Positions 11,831-25,345 are shown, counted from the stretch's first letter. The stretch: 64,000 nt of DNA from Camelus ferus (GCF_009834535.1 NC_045696.1:33606001-33670000); one strand, 5' to 3'. Notes: generated by a model from the sequence alone, not told the origin. A program made the numbers and translations.

Positions 11831-14133
11831 ACCAAATTTAGCCCGTAATAATGAAATCGGCTTATAGTAATCTCATCACACAGTTAATAAGTGATTAGAT
11901 GCATTTTGTATTAGTGTTAGAGTAACATAGTCCAAAAGTATCTTCTAGCATAAGACTATTTTCCAAACTAGTTAAACATTTTGATTTATGACCTGATCAT
12001 GGTGGGTTTTCAACATTAAATATTATATTTGGGGTAGGATAGGTTCCCTGGGTCAGTTTGAAAAGATTCTTGAGACAGACCCTGAAAACTCAGCATCAGG
12101 GAGAATGTTAGTTATGCAGAGCATTCACAAATGTATGCAGTGCCACTCGCTGACATCCACAAAGGGTCCATTTTATAAACTGTCAAAGGAGCCATTGTGA
12201 CAGAGTGACACCAGAGAAGAGCTGTCAATTCTATTATTAAATTGACATTCCGCACATGCTGCTTTCAGATGGAGGTCCTTAATGAACTTAGTCTCCCTCT
12301 TTTCTGCCCTGAACTATTTAATGCCTTCTGTCTTATATGCTCTTCAAATAGACATCAGTTGATGTTAAAGCAGGGGACAAGTGAGCCCTCCAAGAGGCCA
12401 TCCCTCTAGTATGAAACACCTGGGAGAGAGTCTTCACGGCGTCTCTGTGCTCAAGGATACGACAGTGATTGCTACAGAAATGATGACATCTCCCAGGGTA
12501 TTGTCAATCAAGCATTTGAATATAAAAACAAGAACCAAAAAAAGAAGAAATAGAAAAAGAATGTTTGTTAAGCAAGACAACAAATAGTACTATAATCCTA
12601 TTTGTGAAAAGGAAGAAGAGCAAGTCATTGTCTTAATCTGCGGAGCACAACACCCAGCTTTTAGATGTTTTTTGACAATGAAAAGCAAAGGGCACATGCC
12701 TTAGCCAAAACTGTGGGTTTGACACAAGCCGGTTGTTAATTCTCTGGGGATCTCCATTGTTTTCCTAGCCACTGGAGTCATGTGTGCTAAGCAGGCTTCT
12801 GATAAAGAGAGTGCCCTATCAACCTCGTTCACTTGCTTAATGTCATCCCCATTGTTATACATCCCCCACGCCTGGATTTCCCAGGTAGCCAGTCCTGCTC
12901 TCCTGCCTGCTGTGAGTCCTCTATGAAGATGACAAGCACCAAGAGACGGCTAGCTTTGTTCTCTGGGCTGTCTTGTGGATATCCTGGGTGACTGACAGCT
13001 GTTGGGAAGCAGGACAAGGAGATTTTTCCCATCTGTTTACTGCCTTGAAGTTTCTCCATTGCTTCCCACATTGGCTATTGTCATTCGTGGAGGAGCTAGA
13101 ATTTCTACCCTTCCAATTCAGATGCCACAGAGTCATGAAGCTGTTGGGCTATGAAGTGATTATTATATGAGAAATAAGAAGTGGATCAGGGTCACTGCAG
13201 AGTGGAATGCTGTGATAGCCTGGTCATTAGAATATAAACATTCCTAACGTTCTTAACAAGGTATTTCATCTTACATTATTTTTTGTATGAAGCAGAAAGC
13301 TTACATACTGTATATTTACAATACGGTATCAATAAAATGAGGCCTAATTTAAGGTTTTTTAATTGGTCCCAATCACTTTGCTTTAAAATTTTTGATTACA
13401 ACTGGTATTTATTAATATAGCTAATAAACTGAATGGAATTAACATTTCTCCAGCAGTAAGCTGAAAGATTCACTTTTGGTTTTGCATTTTCATTTGCTGC
13501 ATAGTTGCTATGACTCAGAATTCCATAATTTGTTGCTTGAGTATCTTCAATACTTTACTTCAAGTCTGATAGCAGAATAAAATCTGAGACTTAGGTAAAA
13601 CATGAGCACAGAAATCACATTACAGAACTTTCCTGAATGAAGAATCCAACTCAATGGAATTCCCACGCCCATTATGCTGTCTAAAACTTTCTGAAAAATG
13701 TTTTACTGTGCCATATAATTTACTCAACATAAGTGGTTTCTATAGAGCTATTGAAAAGCCTTTCTTTCACTTACTGGCTTGAGGATGATGAGGTTTTAAG
13801 CCCTTTGATCCAGAGCCTGTGTTTCACAGTAAAGACCAAAAGCCAACACTAAAGCAGAATTGAACTTCCCAATTTAAAAAAAGAATTATGTATAGCCTGA
13901 GGAAAAAAAAATCAGTGCATCTTCAAATGTAGAAATATGTGCTAAATGAATATAAAACCTTGAAATATACAAGTCAGCTAAAAAAAACCAAGAGTTTCAA
14001 ATTTAGTACATCTACCTACATTTTCCTTTTCAATTAACCATATTATATATATGTAATATATTTAATTAAGTATATAATGATGTATGTTACATGTTTATAT
14101 ACATAAGTTACTCATATAAAACAAAATATTTTC

Positions 14134-14294
14134 AGGGGAGGGATATGGCTTGGTGGTAGAGCACATGCTAGCATGCACAAGGTCCTGGGTTCAATCCCCA
14201 GCACCTCCATTAAAATAAATTTAAAAAATAAACTTGATTAACCTTCCAAAAAAAACATTTAAAAAAATCTTTAAAAAATCAAAACTTTATTTAA
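14134..14294 (+). mobile_element. tRNA-Ala-derived SINE (camelid Vic-1-like), second copy
   Basis: GGTGGTAGAGCACATGCTAGCATGCACAAGGTCCTGGGTTCAATCCCCAGCACCTCCA plus A-rich tail. TSD AAAACAAAATATTTT at 14118-14132 and 14295-14309. Confidence 0.85.
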
Positions 14295-14381
14295 AAAACA
14301 AAATATTTTTTCATGTTATTTCACAGTAAATTTACATAAAACACCTTTTCTTTAGGATAAGAAAAACTTTAGAATATTTTT

Positions 14382-14890
14382 GTAAGTGAGGAAAAAATTC
14401 TTTTTCCCACTACCCTCCTAGGTTTTCTAGCTGGGGCCCTCTGTAAAGTAGATTGTCAAAAGACAAATTAACAAGAGAAAAGCCTACAAGGTATATTTAT
14501 GAGATACAGGAGTTTTTCTAAGTAAATGAGGACTTGAAGAAAAGGTTAAGCCTGAGCATTTTTATATTAGGTTTGATGAAGAGTAGAAAGTCATGGGGAA
14601 ATATCAGAAGACAAAAGGGTATGAGCTAAGGGTACTAAACTGGGGGAAACAGTAATGACTGTTCCTTCAGATTCCTCCTGGCACTCCACAGTCTTTGAAG
14701 ATAAGGATGTGCCTTTCTTTCAGGTACAGGGAGGGCACCTCTCACATGACTGTCTTATGGTCTGCTTCAGGGAAAAACAGGGAGGTCAGAGAATCTTTCC
14801 TGCACCTGCCATTTCTCAAATTGTTTCCAGCTTGAAATATTCAAATGCCAAGGTGCCATATTTTGGGTTACTGTGTTCTGAACCCCATTA
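14382..14890 (-). mobile_element. ERV1 solo LTR, MER34/MER39-like
   Basis: The reverse complement begins GGGGTTCAGAACACAGTAACCCAAAATATGGCACCTTGGCAT, like the MER34-family 5' end. Confidence 0.75.
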
Positions 14891-15394
14891 CTTTCAATAT
14901 AATAGCTTTAAGTATTCTGAATTTTTAAAACAGTTTTGATTTTCTTCTTCTCTCTCTTTTCACCCCTTAATTCCACATGATTTGAAACAAAATATGATTG
15001 ACATACAGCAGGAAGTTCAAGAGAGTGATTGGAGGGTCATCTTATAATAGTCTATGTATGCTTTTTACTTAAATAAAATAAGAATCATCTCTAATGCTAT
15101 GCCAGCTGTAAATTTTATGATTCCATCATTGTAAACTTGAGGGAGTTGTGACTTGAATAAGGAATCAAACATTGTGCATTTTAGAGAAAACATAACAATG
15201 TAGATAAAGAATAAGTTAAATGCAATTATAAAATTACATCTCATAAACTATTCTTTGTATTTTATGTGTATTGAATATATATAGATATGTAACATGCATA
15301 TCATAAATTTGTCACTTTATTTATTATAATTATTATAATTATAATTACTTTTTTATAATTTCCAAAATCTTGAATGCTAAATTTATACCAATCT

Positions 15395-16990
15395 TTTATT
15401 CAGTTATCTGTTTACTCAGCAAAAATATAATGACATGGTGGTATTGTACTACTGGGGATTGCAAAAAGGTGAAAAAAGAAACAACCCTGTTCTCATGGAG
15501 CTTACTCTGTAGGACAAGGAAATAATAATTAACAAATAAGTTGTATGAGTATTTGATATGAATAAGTAAAATAAAGCAAAAAAGAAGGTAGTAATTTTAA
15601 ATAGGGTAATCAGGAAATCCTCTCTGAGAAGGTAACATAAAAAAATTAAAAAATAAACAGAATTAAATAAGAGACTGAGTCATGCAGGTAGAAAAAGTAC
15701 CCAGCAGAGGAAAGAGCATGTAAAAGTCCCAGAGGCTAGAAGATATTTGACTTGTTTTCAAAAGAGTAAAGGTCTAGTAAAAGAAAGCTGAACAAAGACT
15801 AAGGTCAGAACCACATAGTAGGTAAGGTTACATTAAGGGTTTGTAGAATATTCTATAGACTTTGAACTTTACTCTCAATGACATGGAGAGCCACTGGAGA
15901 ATTTTGAACAGAGGAATGATCTAATATGTGTTTTTAAGCCATCAATTTGCAGTGAATATACGAGCCTGAAGGAGAGAGACAAGTTGGTAGACTTTTGCAA
16001 TATTACAGGCTGAGATGGTGGTGGCCTGAAGGTCATGGAAGTGGAACTGGTGAGAAACAGTCCAATTCTAGATATATTTTATTAAATGTACAGCTGAGAA
16101 ATTTGCTGACAGATTGTATATGGAGTGTGAGGAGCCAAGTACTTTCCCAAGATTCTTTAGCTGAGCAAGTGAAAGGATGAAGTTGTCATTAACTGAGATT
16201 AGACAGCTGAGGGAGGAGCAGGTTGGACGGGTAAGATGAGGAAACTGATTTTAGACATGTTATGTTAGAGATGCCCATTATGTGCTTAGAGACAGAACAC
16301 AAACTATGAGGCTGGAGTTCACAGGAAAGGGCTGGGCTAAGAAAACAGAATTGGAAGTTTATATATCATATAAACTATGTAGTTGATGCATAAAATCAGG
16401 AGACTAAAGGAAATAACCCGGAGATTAAGTACGTACAGTATGTTTGTGTATGTATATATGTGTGTGTGTATAGTATGTATAAATATAATAAAGTAAATAT
16501 ATGTCTGTATATAACTGATCTATATTTATATACATATATGTGTATGTATATGTTATTATAAATGAGTGTATTATATATGTGTGTGTGTATATATACATGC
16601 ACATACACACACATGCACACATACACATGTAAAGAAGAAATCCAAGGACTAAGCCCTGGGTCATTCCAAAGTTTAGACGCCAAGACATGAGAAACCAGCA
16701 AAGAAAACACAAAAGACATAGGCAGTCAGTAAAAGGAAAATCACAAGAGTTGGTGCCCCAGTAGCCAAGTCAAAATAGTGTTTCAAGGAGGAAGTATTAA
16801 CCACCACGTCAAATGACTCTTATAGGTCAAGGATGAAGATGACTAAACATTTAAATTGTATTTAGCAACAAGAAGGTGATTAGGTATCTTGATAAGAGTG
16901 CAATTTCTGATGCATTTTGAGGCAAGGGTTATAACTGGAGTGCTTTCAAAAGACCATGTGGAAATATTATTGGCATAGTTTGTGATTTCT
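15395..16990 (-). mobile_element. L2 LINE fragment
   Basis: Purine-rich antisense L2 blocks: CTCATGGAGCTTAC, GGAGAGCCACTGGAGAATTTTGAACAGAGGAATGA, TTAGACATGTTATGTTAGAGATGCC and GTGTTTCAAGGAGGA. Confidence 0.8.
16437..16630. repeat. Compound (TA)n/(TG)n/(CA)n low-complexity tract within L2
   Basis: Directly visible. It is the source of the Y/I/H/T-rich spurious ORFs. Confidence 0.9.
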
Positions 16991-17547
16991 CCTTTAAATA
17001 TAGTGATTAGGATAGCAAGACTAAAGATCCACAGCAAATATTTACACTAAAATCTAGGGAAGAATTCATTTGAGGAAAATCAAAGAAGGCCAAAAAATTA
17101 TCCATATTACCACAACCCAGAAATAAGTAGTGCACAATATGTTTATCGTGACTCTCCTTTCAAAATAAATAAACTCATCAACATGGAATTATATCATTTC
17201 ATGAAATACCATAATTATTGGGATAACACAGCATATGAAGTTAAAATGCTGATTGCAAACATTGCAATCCTTATTTAGTAAACTAAAAATATGTAAACCT
17301 AAATATGTAATAAACAAAATAGCTAAAATAATAGTGATACACTAAAAATACAGATGGATGGATAAATGGATAGGGCTGGTGATATAAAAAGGAATGTTAA
17401 TAGTAGTTATCTCAGGATGATAGGATAGTGAATAAATTTGTTTTAATATTGTTTACTTTTCTACATTTCCAAATTTTCTAAAATAAATAGTTTTTCTAAT
17501 TTAAAAAGGAAAACATATTTCAGAGTATTGCCATTGCTTTAAAATAA

Positions 17548-17551
<4 letters not shown>

Positions 17552-17598
<47 letters not shown>

Positions 17599-17608
17599 TT
17601 TTTTTTTT
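17552..17608. repeat. Compound microsatellite (TG)18(TA)5(T)11
   Basis: Directly visible. Confidence 0.95.
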
Positions 17609-19169
17609 CCTTCATGAGATCTACCCCTCAAGGCTCATTTCACACAGCTCAGCCTTCCTGGCCTTCTAACCCTGTCTGTGCTCCACCATTAATGAACTAT
17701 TTTTAACTTGCTGAACAAGGATGCTATTTCATGCCTCTGTGCCATTGCAGACATTAGTTTCTCTACCAAAAATGTTCCTTTCTCCCTCATTTACCTAGTG
17801 ATATCACCTGGTGAGTCACCTTTGAAGATTCTTCTCAATTACTTCTTTCTCTAAGAAACATTCCAAGGCAGAATTCTGATAATGTGACAATTTTTTATTT
17901 CCCTCTGTCTTCTTTGAATCTATTATTTCTTAATGTTCCAGAATTTATGACAGTTCATTTCTAATCAGCTTATCTTACTTACATATGCCAATCAAATTGA
18001 GAACATGAAAAAAAAAAGGGAAAAAGTCTTATTTATCAAGTTCATTGGAGAAAGTTGTCAGTGCTATCTATCACTAACCTTTATTTCCTTCTTTTGGACT
18101 CTACACCTTGAAATTCATATGGCGGGTAACACATAGAGACTTCTATAAAACTATGATTTGAATCTACTTGGTATCTTCCCAAAGAACTGATTCCAAGAAA
18201 CTTCAAAGGTGAGAAGCTACACTTAAGATACCCTCTTCACAAATTATCATGTACTCTGAAGGTCGTGTTTCCTGACCAACTCTCATTTCAGAAGCAAGAT
18301 GTGATTCACCTAGGTCCATCTTCACTAACTTTGTTATATCAAAAGTGGAATTTTGCTTTCCATTGGCTTATTAACACTCCGGACCTCTCATAAAAAGTAT
18401 TTAGTTATTATTTGTTCAATTTAAAAAATTTGGTTACAAAGTCAATCTTCAGGTACACATTCAAAGAAAACATTCTTGAGTTCCACTCTGACTCACTCAA
18501 GTTTAAGAGGTTGTTTTCCTTGTTTTCTTATCATAGTACTTGCTCTTCAGTAACAAAGAACGAGATAAAAAGAATAAAAAAGAAAATTAAAATGTGTATC
18601 TTGCTCTACTTTCTCATGCCTCAAGGCCAGAGGAACATAAACAAAACGTAAAAGAGATGGCCCACATTTGTGTGCATACTTCTGTGGCAGTAGTCCTTTC
18701 TGCATTTCTGTAATTTATTTTCATGCTTTTCTCCACTATTGACTTGAGCTGCTTAGGATAGAAACCGTGTCTTACTAATATCTCTATAATTAGGTCCCTA
18801 GAAAACTACTGGAAAAAGAGAAGTGCTCAATAAATATTTTTCCATATATAAATGAATGGATAAATATTGCAATATCTAAAGCACAGCTCCTGTCTTTAAG
18901 AAGTTTGTATATATGGGACCTAAAACCAAGGAACTATAAGCCAAAGTAAAGCAAATAACTAGCTAGTCACAGGAAAAAGTCCACATTTATCTCACAAATT
19001 ACTTTTACTCTGTATTAGTCTAATATTACAAGAGAGACATTTTGGCCTAATCCAAATCTTTATCATCTTGTTACAAAGTGCCAATACAGGAACATACATG
19101 AGATATAAGATATACATGTAGATAACTAGGGATACCCAGCAAAAAATGAGAGAGAATGGAAATTGAAAA

Positions 19170-19700
19170 AAAATGAGAGAAATAAGTTATTGTTGATAAT
19201 ATAGATTGGCACAAGCATTCTGGAAGTAACTGGCAGTACTTAGTATAATTAAGTTAAAGAAAGCCCTGGGATGCTGAGATCCCAGTTTTGAATGCATGTA
19301 TCAGAGAAATTCTCATGTGGCCCATTTGAAATCAAGTGGGCAGATATCTACTGTGTTTCTTTCATAAGGGCAGGAAGCCTCAGGCAACTGGAAGACTGGG
19401 GGAAAAAATGAGGTGGAAATACACTTGTGAAATATTATTCACCAATTAAAAACAACTAGATGTGCATATTAAAAAATAACATTTAAAAATAACATTAAGC
19501 TAAAAAAAGATGAAAAGCAGAATATGATTTATAGCCCAATACCAAATTTAAAAATTAAAAGCACACATATATAAATAATTCTAGATATTTTATATGATTA
19601 CATGAATGTTTAAAGACATATCAAACACAATAGAATGGATTTCAACTGCATGATTGGGAGGAAAGTGAAGATTAGAAGTGAAGGGAAAATCAAACAAAAG
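19170..19700 (+). mobile_element. Ancient L1 (L1ME-like) 3' fragment
   Basis: TCTGGAAGTAACTGGCAGTA, AGAGAAATTCTC and GAAATATTATTCACCAATTAAAA resemble a degenerate L1 ORF2 end and 3'UTR. Confidence 0.5.
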
Positions 19701-20479
19701 ATGAGGTTCACATATACTAGGGAGCAGTATAATTAACTTCCTGTGTATGGTACAAAATAATACTTTGATAAGTGATGGGCAGAAGCATGGGAATATTTTA
19801 ATAAATCATTTACAAAGAAAATGTAATTTGAGCAGCCAAATGATGTTTAAAATTATTGCAAATTAGAGAAACAATAGAAGTCATGTCTTGACATTTCTAG
19901 AACAATTCTATGTTTGTTCATAAGAGAAACAGACAATCTGCTGGGGAGACCAGGATTGTGATAAACAATTTACAATTTACAATATAAACTGAAGAACAGC
20001 AAAACAGCCTATATGGAGATGGCAACAACTGAAAATTTATAATTACTCTGGGTTTTAATATTTTACAACTTTAAACATTATACTCAAAGTAACATAGAAT
20101 TGTAGGAGGAGAGATTTAATTGAAAAATAAAATCCTTAAGCACCTACTTATCATGAATAACGTGATTTTGTATGATTTGAGTGATAATACCAGGAGCCCA
20201 TAGAGTGAGAAGAAAAGATCATTAATTCAAAAAAGCTGTCTCAGTTATCTATGCAGCTTAGATAGTGACTGTGTGATTCTAGATATTTTATTTGATAATT
20301 GTGGATAATAATAGAGTTCTTATGATGATTAAATGAGTTAAAATATATAAAGAACTTAGAATGCTTGGTACAAAATAACACTGCAGTCATTATTCTGTGA
20401 GCTTTACTTTCCCCTGTTTCAATATGAGGATATCATCTTATGAACATTTTCTCTTAACTTTAATATAAAAATTGATATC

Positions 20480-21598
20480 TAATTCACATGATTGCCAAGA
20501 GAATAAGACTGCTTATTTAGGATGGCTTGGGATGACCTAGTTAGAATGTGATGTTTGAGCAGATATCTAAAGGCCACGAAGGAACCAGACCTACAGGTTT
20601 CTTGGGGAATGATATTGAAGATAGAGTGAGTAGCAAGCATGAGAGCAGTGAAGAGGGCCCTTTCCTGGCATGCAATAGTGACAGAAAGGAGACCGGTAGT
20701 GTTAGAGCGGAGTGAGTGAAGAAGAGGAAAAATGGTTAAAGTCAGAGAAGAGTTGGGAACCCAGAAACACAGAACTTTATAGATCATTTTAAGGACTTTA
20801 CTCTGAGAAAAATACCCATTGGAGGATTTTGAAGAGTAGTAACATGATGTCCTTGAGTGTTCAAAGAAACATTCTGACTTCTATTTTGAGAAAAGACCAG
20901 ACGGGGGCAAGCACTGAATTAGGCAGAGATGTTAGGGGGCTCAACAATCCAGTAAGAGACGATGATAGAGATGAGGAGAAGCAGAGAAATTTAAAAAAAG
21001 TTAATGTGCTGTGTGTAAAAAATAATCAAGAGGACAACTTGATTTAAAAAATCTGGAGCCAAGGGAATCAGTGCAGGCTGTAGAAGTAAATATGAGAATT
21101 GAAAGTGATCGGGAAATCTGAGACCTGAGAATTGTCTTATGGTTAGCAATATGAATCTCACTTGACAAGACAAGACACTGACAAGAAATTTCAGCAAAGT
21201 GATGGGGGAAAAGCTAAATGGACAAAATTCAAGAAAGAATGGGAAGGGGGTATAGGAGTGAAATAGTATACTTTTCGAGGAGATTGCTATAGAGAACAGA
21301 GGTGGGGATAGTAAAAGTAAGAAAATATAGGGTCAAGAAAAGTGTTTGAAGTTGATATAGTATCTTTGCATGTTGGCAAGAATGATTCAAGGGAGAAAAA
21401 TGTGATCATTGCAAAGAATTGAAGTTCTGGAGCCATATTCATAAATAGGTAGGAGAGCTGAACTCAAATTCAGAAGTAGAGAAGTTAGCCTAGGAAAGGT
21501 TTAAGATGACTTAGGCACAGTTACAGGATGGAAAGAAGAGCTTATGGCATGAATGTACATGGTACATGTGGTTATAGCTTCGAAAGGTCTTTTCTGAT
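20480..21598 (-). mobile_element. L2 LINE fragment
   Basis: GATGTTTGAGCAGATATCTAAAGG, GGAGGATTTTGAAG..AACATGAT and TTTTCGAGGAGATTGCT antisense L2 blocks. Confidence 0.7.
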
Positions 21599-21948
21599 TG
21601 TAAAGAAATTGGGGGCAGCAGCCTTGGTAACAAGAAGGAGAGTTGCTTTTAACCAGAATGGCTGCAGTCTGGTAAACCCAATATCCACCCCCCCCCCTAA
21701 AAAAAACATCTCCAAAGAGTCTGTTCAGCCCTGAAAGTTCTAAAGGGAAGTGGGGGAGTAATCTCAGTTAATCGTTGAGATAGGTGGTCAGAGTCATTGC
21801 CATCCCCCCAATGCCTGCAGGCTTGTCCAAATCAACTGCTTCAGCCTGCTCTTCTATGATTAGGGAGGCCAGGGAGACTTCAGCTTTTCTATAAACAAAA
21901 GAAAGGCAGGGGTGGGGGTGGGGGCCCACAGGGTCCTGCTCCCTTCCA
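21599..21948 (-). mobile_element. ERV1-type solo LTR (laurasiatherian type)
   Basis: TG...CA termini. The end TTTTCTATAAACAAAAGAAAGGCAGG...CCCACAGGGTCCTGCTC..TTCCA resembles ERV1 LTRs common in artiodactyls. Confidence 0.55.
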
Positions 21949-21949
21949 G

Positions 21950-22305
21950 TATTAGGTTAAGTCAGACATTGTCACAAGAATAAACATTTTTTTTTTTTCA
22001 GTTCACATTGTAACCCATCTAGGCTGGTGAGTGGAGGGTGGAGGAGGGATTAAGTGGACCCTGTTCCACACAGTCATTTAGGGAATCGGGCTGACAGAGG
22101 CTCTCCATGTTAAGGCCGCACCATACAGAGCACAGGGGTCACCAAAGGGAAGAAAGGAAGCTGGAGGAGCCCTTGCCAAATCTTTTCATCCTTTGACACA
22201 GTTTATCAGCCAGAACTGATCACATGGTCTTGCCTACCTGAAAGGAGGTAGGAAAAGTATGAGAGCACGTAGACATTTGGCAAGCAGCAAACATCTCTGA
22301 GACAC
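21950..22305 (-). mobile_element. Old MaLR LTR (MLT1J/K/L-like)
   Basis: CTGTTCCACACAGTCATTTAGGGA, GCTGACAGAGGCTC and GCCAGAACTGATCACATGG. Confidence 0.65.
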
Positions 22306-22369
22306 CTGGCGTATTTAAGATGACTGCTATAAAGACAGGTGGTAGATGGCTTGTTCCCCACCCTGCTGC

Positions 22370-22905
22370 CAACAAATCTTTCTAACATGAAAATCTCACT
22401 ATATCCTCTGCCTACGAAGAATCTTCCAGTAAGTGTATTTCAGTATATGTAAATTTTACCTCAGTTTAAGTGGGGGTGGAGGGATCTCAGTGGCTCCTCC
22501 CTAAAATTTCAGATAAATTTCCCACGCTTTATCTTGGCCAAAAGGACCTTTTGTTATCTGGCCCCTGCCTACTTCTCCAGTTCCTGCTATTTCTCTGCTT
22601 TCCTGCATTTGCCCGGTTTACATTGAATATTTCCTACTGCCTCAAAATTCAGTGTAAATATTAGTTTCTGGAGGAACTTCCGTTCCCCACTTTTGCTCCC
22701 ATAGTTCCCTCTGTTTGGAATTCTACAGAACTCCAATCCTTTCCAGCACTGTCCTATACTATTGTTGATTTACATCTCTCCCTGCCTCCCACTCACCCCC
22801 TCAAGGGCAAGACCATGTATAATTTGACTTTGTATATCCAGTAATTAAAAGTTACTGGTACACAAAGCAGGCAATTAATAAACATTCGTTGAATGAATGA
22901 ATATT
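22370..22905 (+). mobile_element. L2 LINE 3' fragment
   Basis: ATCTGGCCCCTGCCTACTTCTCCAG, CTCAAGGGCAAGACCATGT and terminal AATAAACATTCGTTGAATGAATGAAT. Confidence 0.75.
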
Positions 22906-23349
22906 TATTTGTCTTTGTCATGGTTTTCTGTATTCCTTTGGCTTCTCATGAAATGCAGATTTTTCTTAATCCAACTGTTTTCCTTTTTAAAGGATCAGCA
23001 TGGGTTGTTGTATCAAATGTTATCTTTTATTCCTTAGCATGTCCAACTCTCCAAGCAACCGTTTTTCTTTGTGTAGAGCTTAATCTATCTTTGAATAATT
23101 AGTATTTAAACCATTAAAATTCTTCTCTTGGCAAATTACCATGATAATAATAAAACCACAAAAAAGTCTTTTTTTTTTCTGTGCCTTAATAAAATACAAT
23201 TAAAATTTAATAAAAGCTCTGTACTTTCATTTATCCAATTCTACACTTCCTGATGGAGGTAACAGCGGTGTTACAACCAGACCAATTAAGCAGCCAGTTG
23301 TACCTCAACTCTCTAATTCACATAAAGGTGAGTGTAATTCTGTACTTAC

Positions 23350-23391
23350 CATTCCAGAGCTGCTCATGACTTTTTTGAACAAAATGTTCAT
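23350..23391 (-). other. Candidate coding start of an alternative first exon (MNILFKKVMSSSGM) ending at a consensus donor
   Basis: Minus strand reads TGA ATA AAA ATG AAC ... GGA ATG|GTAAGT, in non-repetitive context. Gene not recognised. Confidence 0.2.
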
Positions 23392-25249
23392 TTTTATTCA
23401 GTCCTGTCCATTTTTCAGTATTTTGCCGAGCAAAAAGTTCTTACTTTATTGTTTTTGTTAAAATTAAAATGATGTTTCTGGCATGTGTCCCTGGTTGTCC
23501 ATTTTCTTCCAATAGATTAATAAGCTTAACTATCATCATTTTAAAACGCACTTCCCCTCACATTATATAACACCATTGTTGTCACAGAGGAAAAAAAAAA
23601 TCAAAAAGGAAAAACCAGAAGTAGAAGTATATTTTTAAAAGACTAGATTTCACTGAAAAAAAACCAAGAAGCAGTATTTTCCAAATATTTAAAATATCCA
23701 TGAAGGATTTTTGCAGAAGCATGCAAACATGCTTTTATAAGAGTTGAAAAGTGTATTCTGAAACATGAGTGAAAATTGAGTTAACATATGCTACCTGTAT
23801 TTTGGCATCTCCCTCAAAATAACTGAGGCCCACTCTCCTCATTTTACTGAGGACAATAATAGGCAACTTTGCCAGATATTTCAAGATGTAGGTCTTGTGC
23901 ACAAAAAAGTTGCTCTTGTAAATGTATATGTTTACCTGCACCCAAATGTTTGCTAGGTGTGTAAATCTGGAGAGACAGTAGTTTTTGAAACACTGCTGGA
24001 AAGTGAAATAAGACTTTGAGAATACGAGAATATTTTCTTCCTCCATCTCCACTAGCTGGTGGTTCCTGAGAGAGGGCTAAGTCCCACACATAATTGTTTT
24101 GTGGTTTGTTTTGATTAAGTACTGAATAGACCTTACCATTGCTTAATAAGATATTTAAAATTCCAACATGAAAGATATGCTTCATATTTCAAGCCCAATA
24201 AATCACAGTTACAGCTTTCAATTGAGACATTTATCTGGCAAACTCGAAAGAGCCAGCAGAAACCTAATGGGAACTTTTTTTTTTTTAACTGTTTGTGGTC
24301 AGGAAAAACTGGAGTTTTCTAAATGTAATCATCATAAAATTACAGTGACAATCAGAGTAGAATTTTTTTTTTTAAACTGAAGACCTTAAGTTTGTTGAGG
24401 GGGCAAAATTCAAACTTTTTCTTTTCTAGTAAATCATCAATGGTCTTATTCCCTCAAAAAGCTAGAGCTCAATATTTAGAAAAAAAGTAATTATAAGGGT
24501 ATGTAACATGTTTATCTTTGATAATTCTATAAATTGTATTTCTTATAAGTACAGGTATAACTTAAGAGATAGTGCTGACAGATGAATATGTGGGAGGAAA
24601 TTATGATTATTTAGAAGCTAATTTAAAACATCATCATTCCTTTAATAGCCGATAAAGGAATTAAAATGGTTTCAGTTGTTTTCATTTCTTAAATATGCTA
24701 CTGAAACTTTTAATGTTAATTTCAGAGGAAGGAAAATATTGTGACATGCATTTCACTGCCTTTGCATCTGACTAGAATTTTGTTAGAGCTGGTTTAACTA
24801 TATCAACTAAATAATACCAGTTTGAGTTTCTCTCGGACACTTGTAGTTAGTTCTGAGTGCTTAATTTTTGAATGTACACTACTTTGGCTGTGTTTGCATG
24901 TATACCTGTCCTAGCACTTTAACTCCATTATCTGTCTGCCTGAGTTCATGCATCAGTTCACTCAAATGGTTTAACTAATATTCTTTCAGACCCAGGACTC
25001 TGATTGTTTTGGAGGGGATAGGAAAGGTAATAGAATGTCTGCATTTTCTGGATCATTGGGAATGAACACTTTGTTGTACTCTGAAATAATCTATATTTTT
25101 CTTAATATTATCACTTCAAATATCATCATATACCTTTCTGATGTTTTTTTCATACAACAATTTCAAGATGAGGCAGATTTCTTTGCTTGCATTTTGAAGG
25201 AGTTAGGCAATTTAAAATTTTCCAACTGGCTAATTTTTACTGCAGTCTG

Positions 25250-25345
25250 GTTGTTCTCAATCTGGGCTGGGAAGCTTTGAAAGCAAATGAAAACCCAGGC
25301 CTCACCCCATACCAAATGAATCAGAGTATCTAGGGGTGGGGACAA
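25250..25345. mobile_element. MER5-like hAT fragment
   Basis: GTTCTCAATCT ... CCAGGCCTCACCCC..ACCAAATGAATCAGAGTATCTAGGGGTGGGG. Confidence 0.55.

Noticed and set aside
16396..16719. ORFs rich in Y/I/H/T/C/V (also 41688-42086)
   Set aside because: They are translations of dinucleotide microsatellites.
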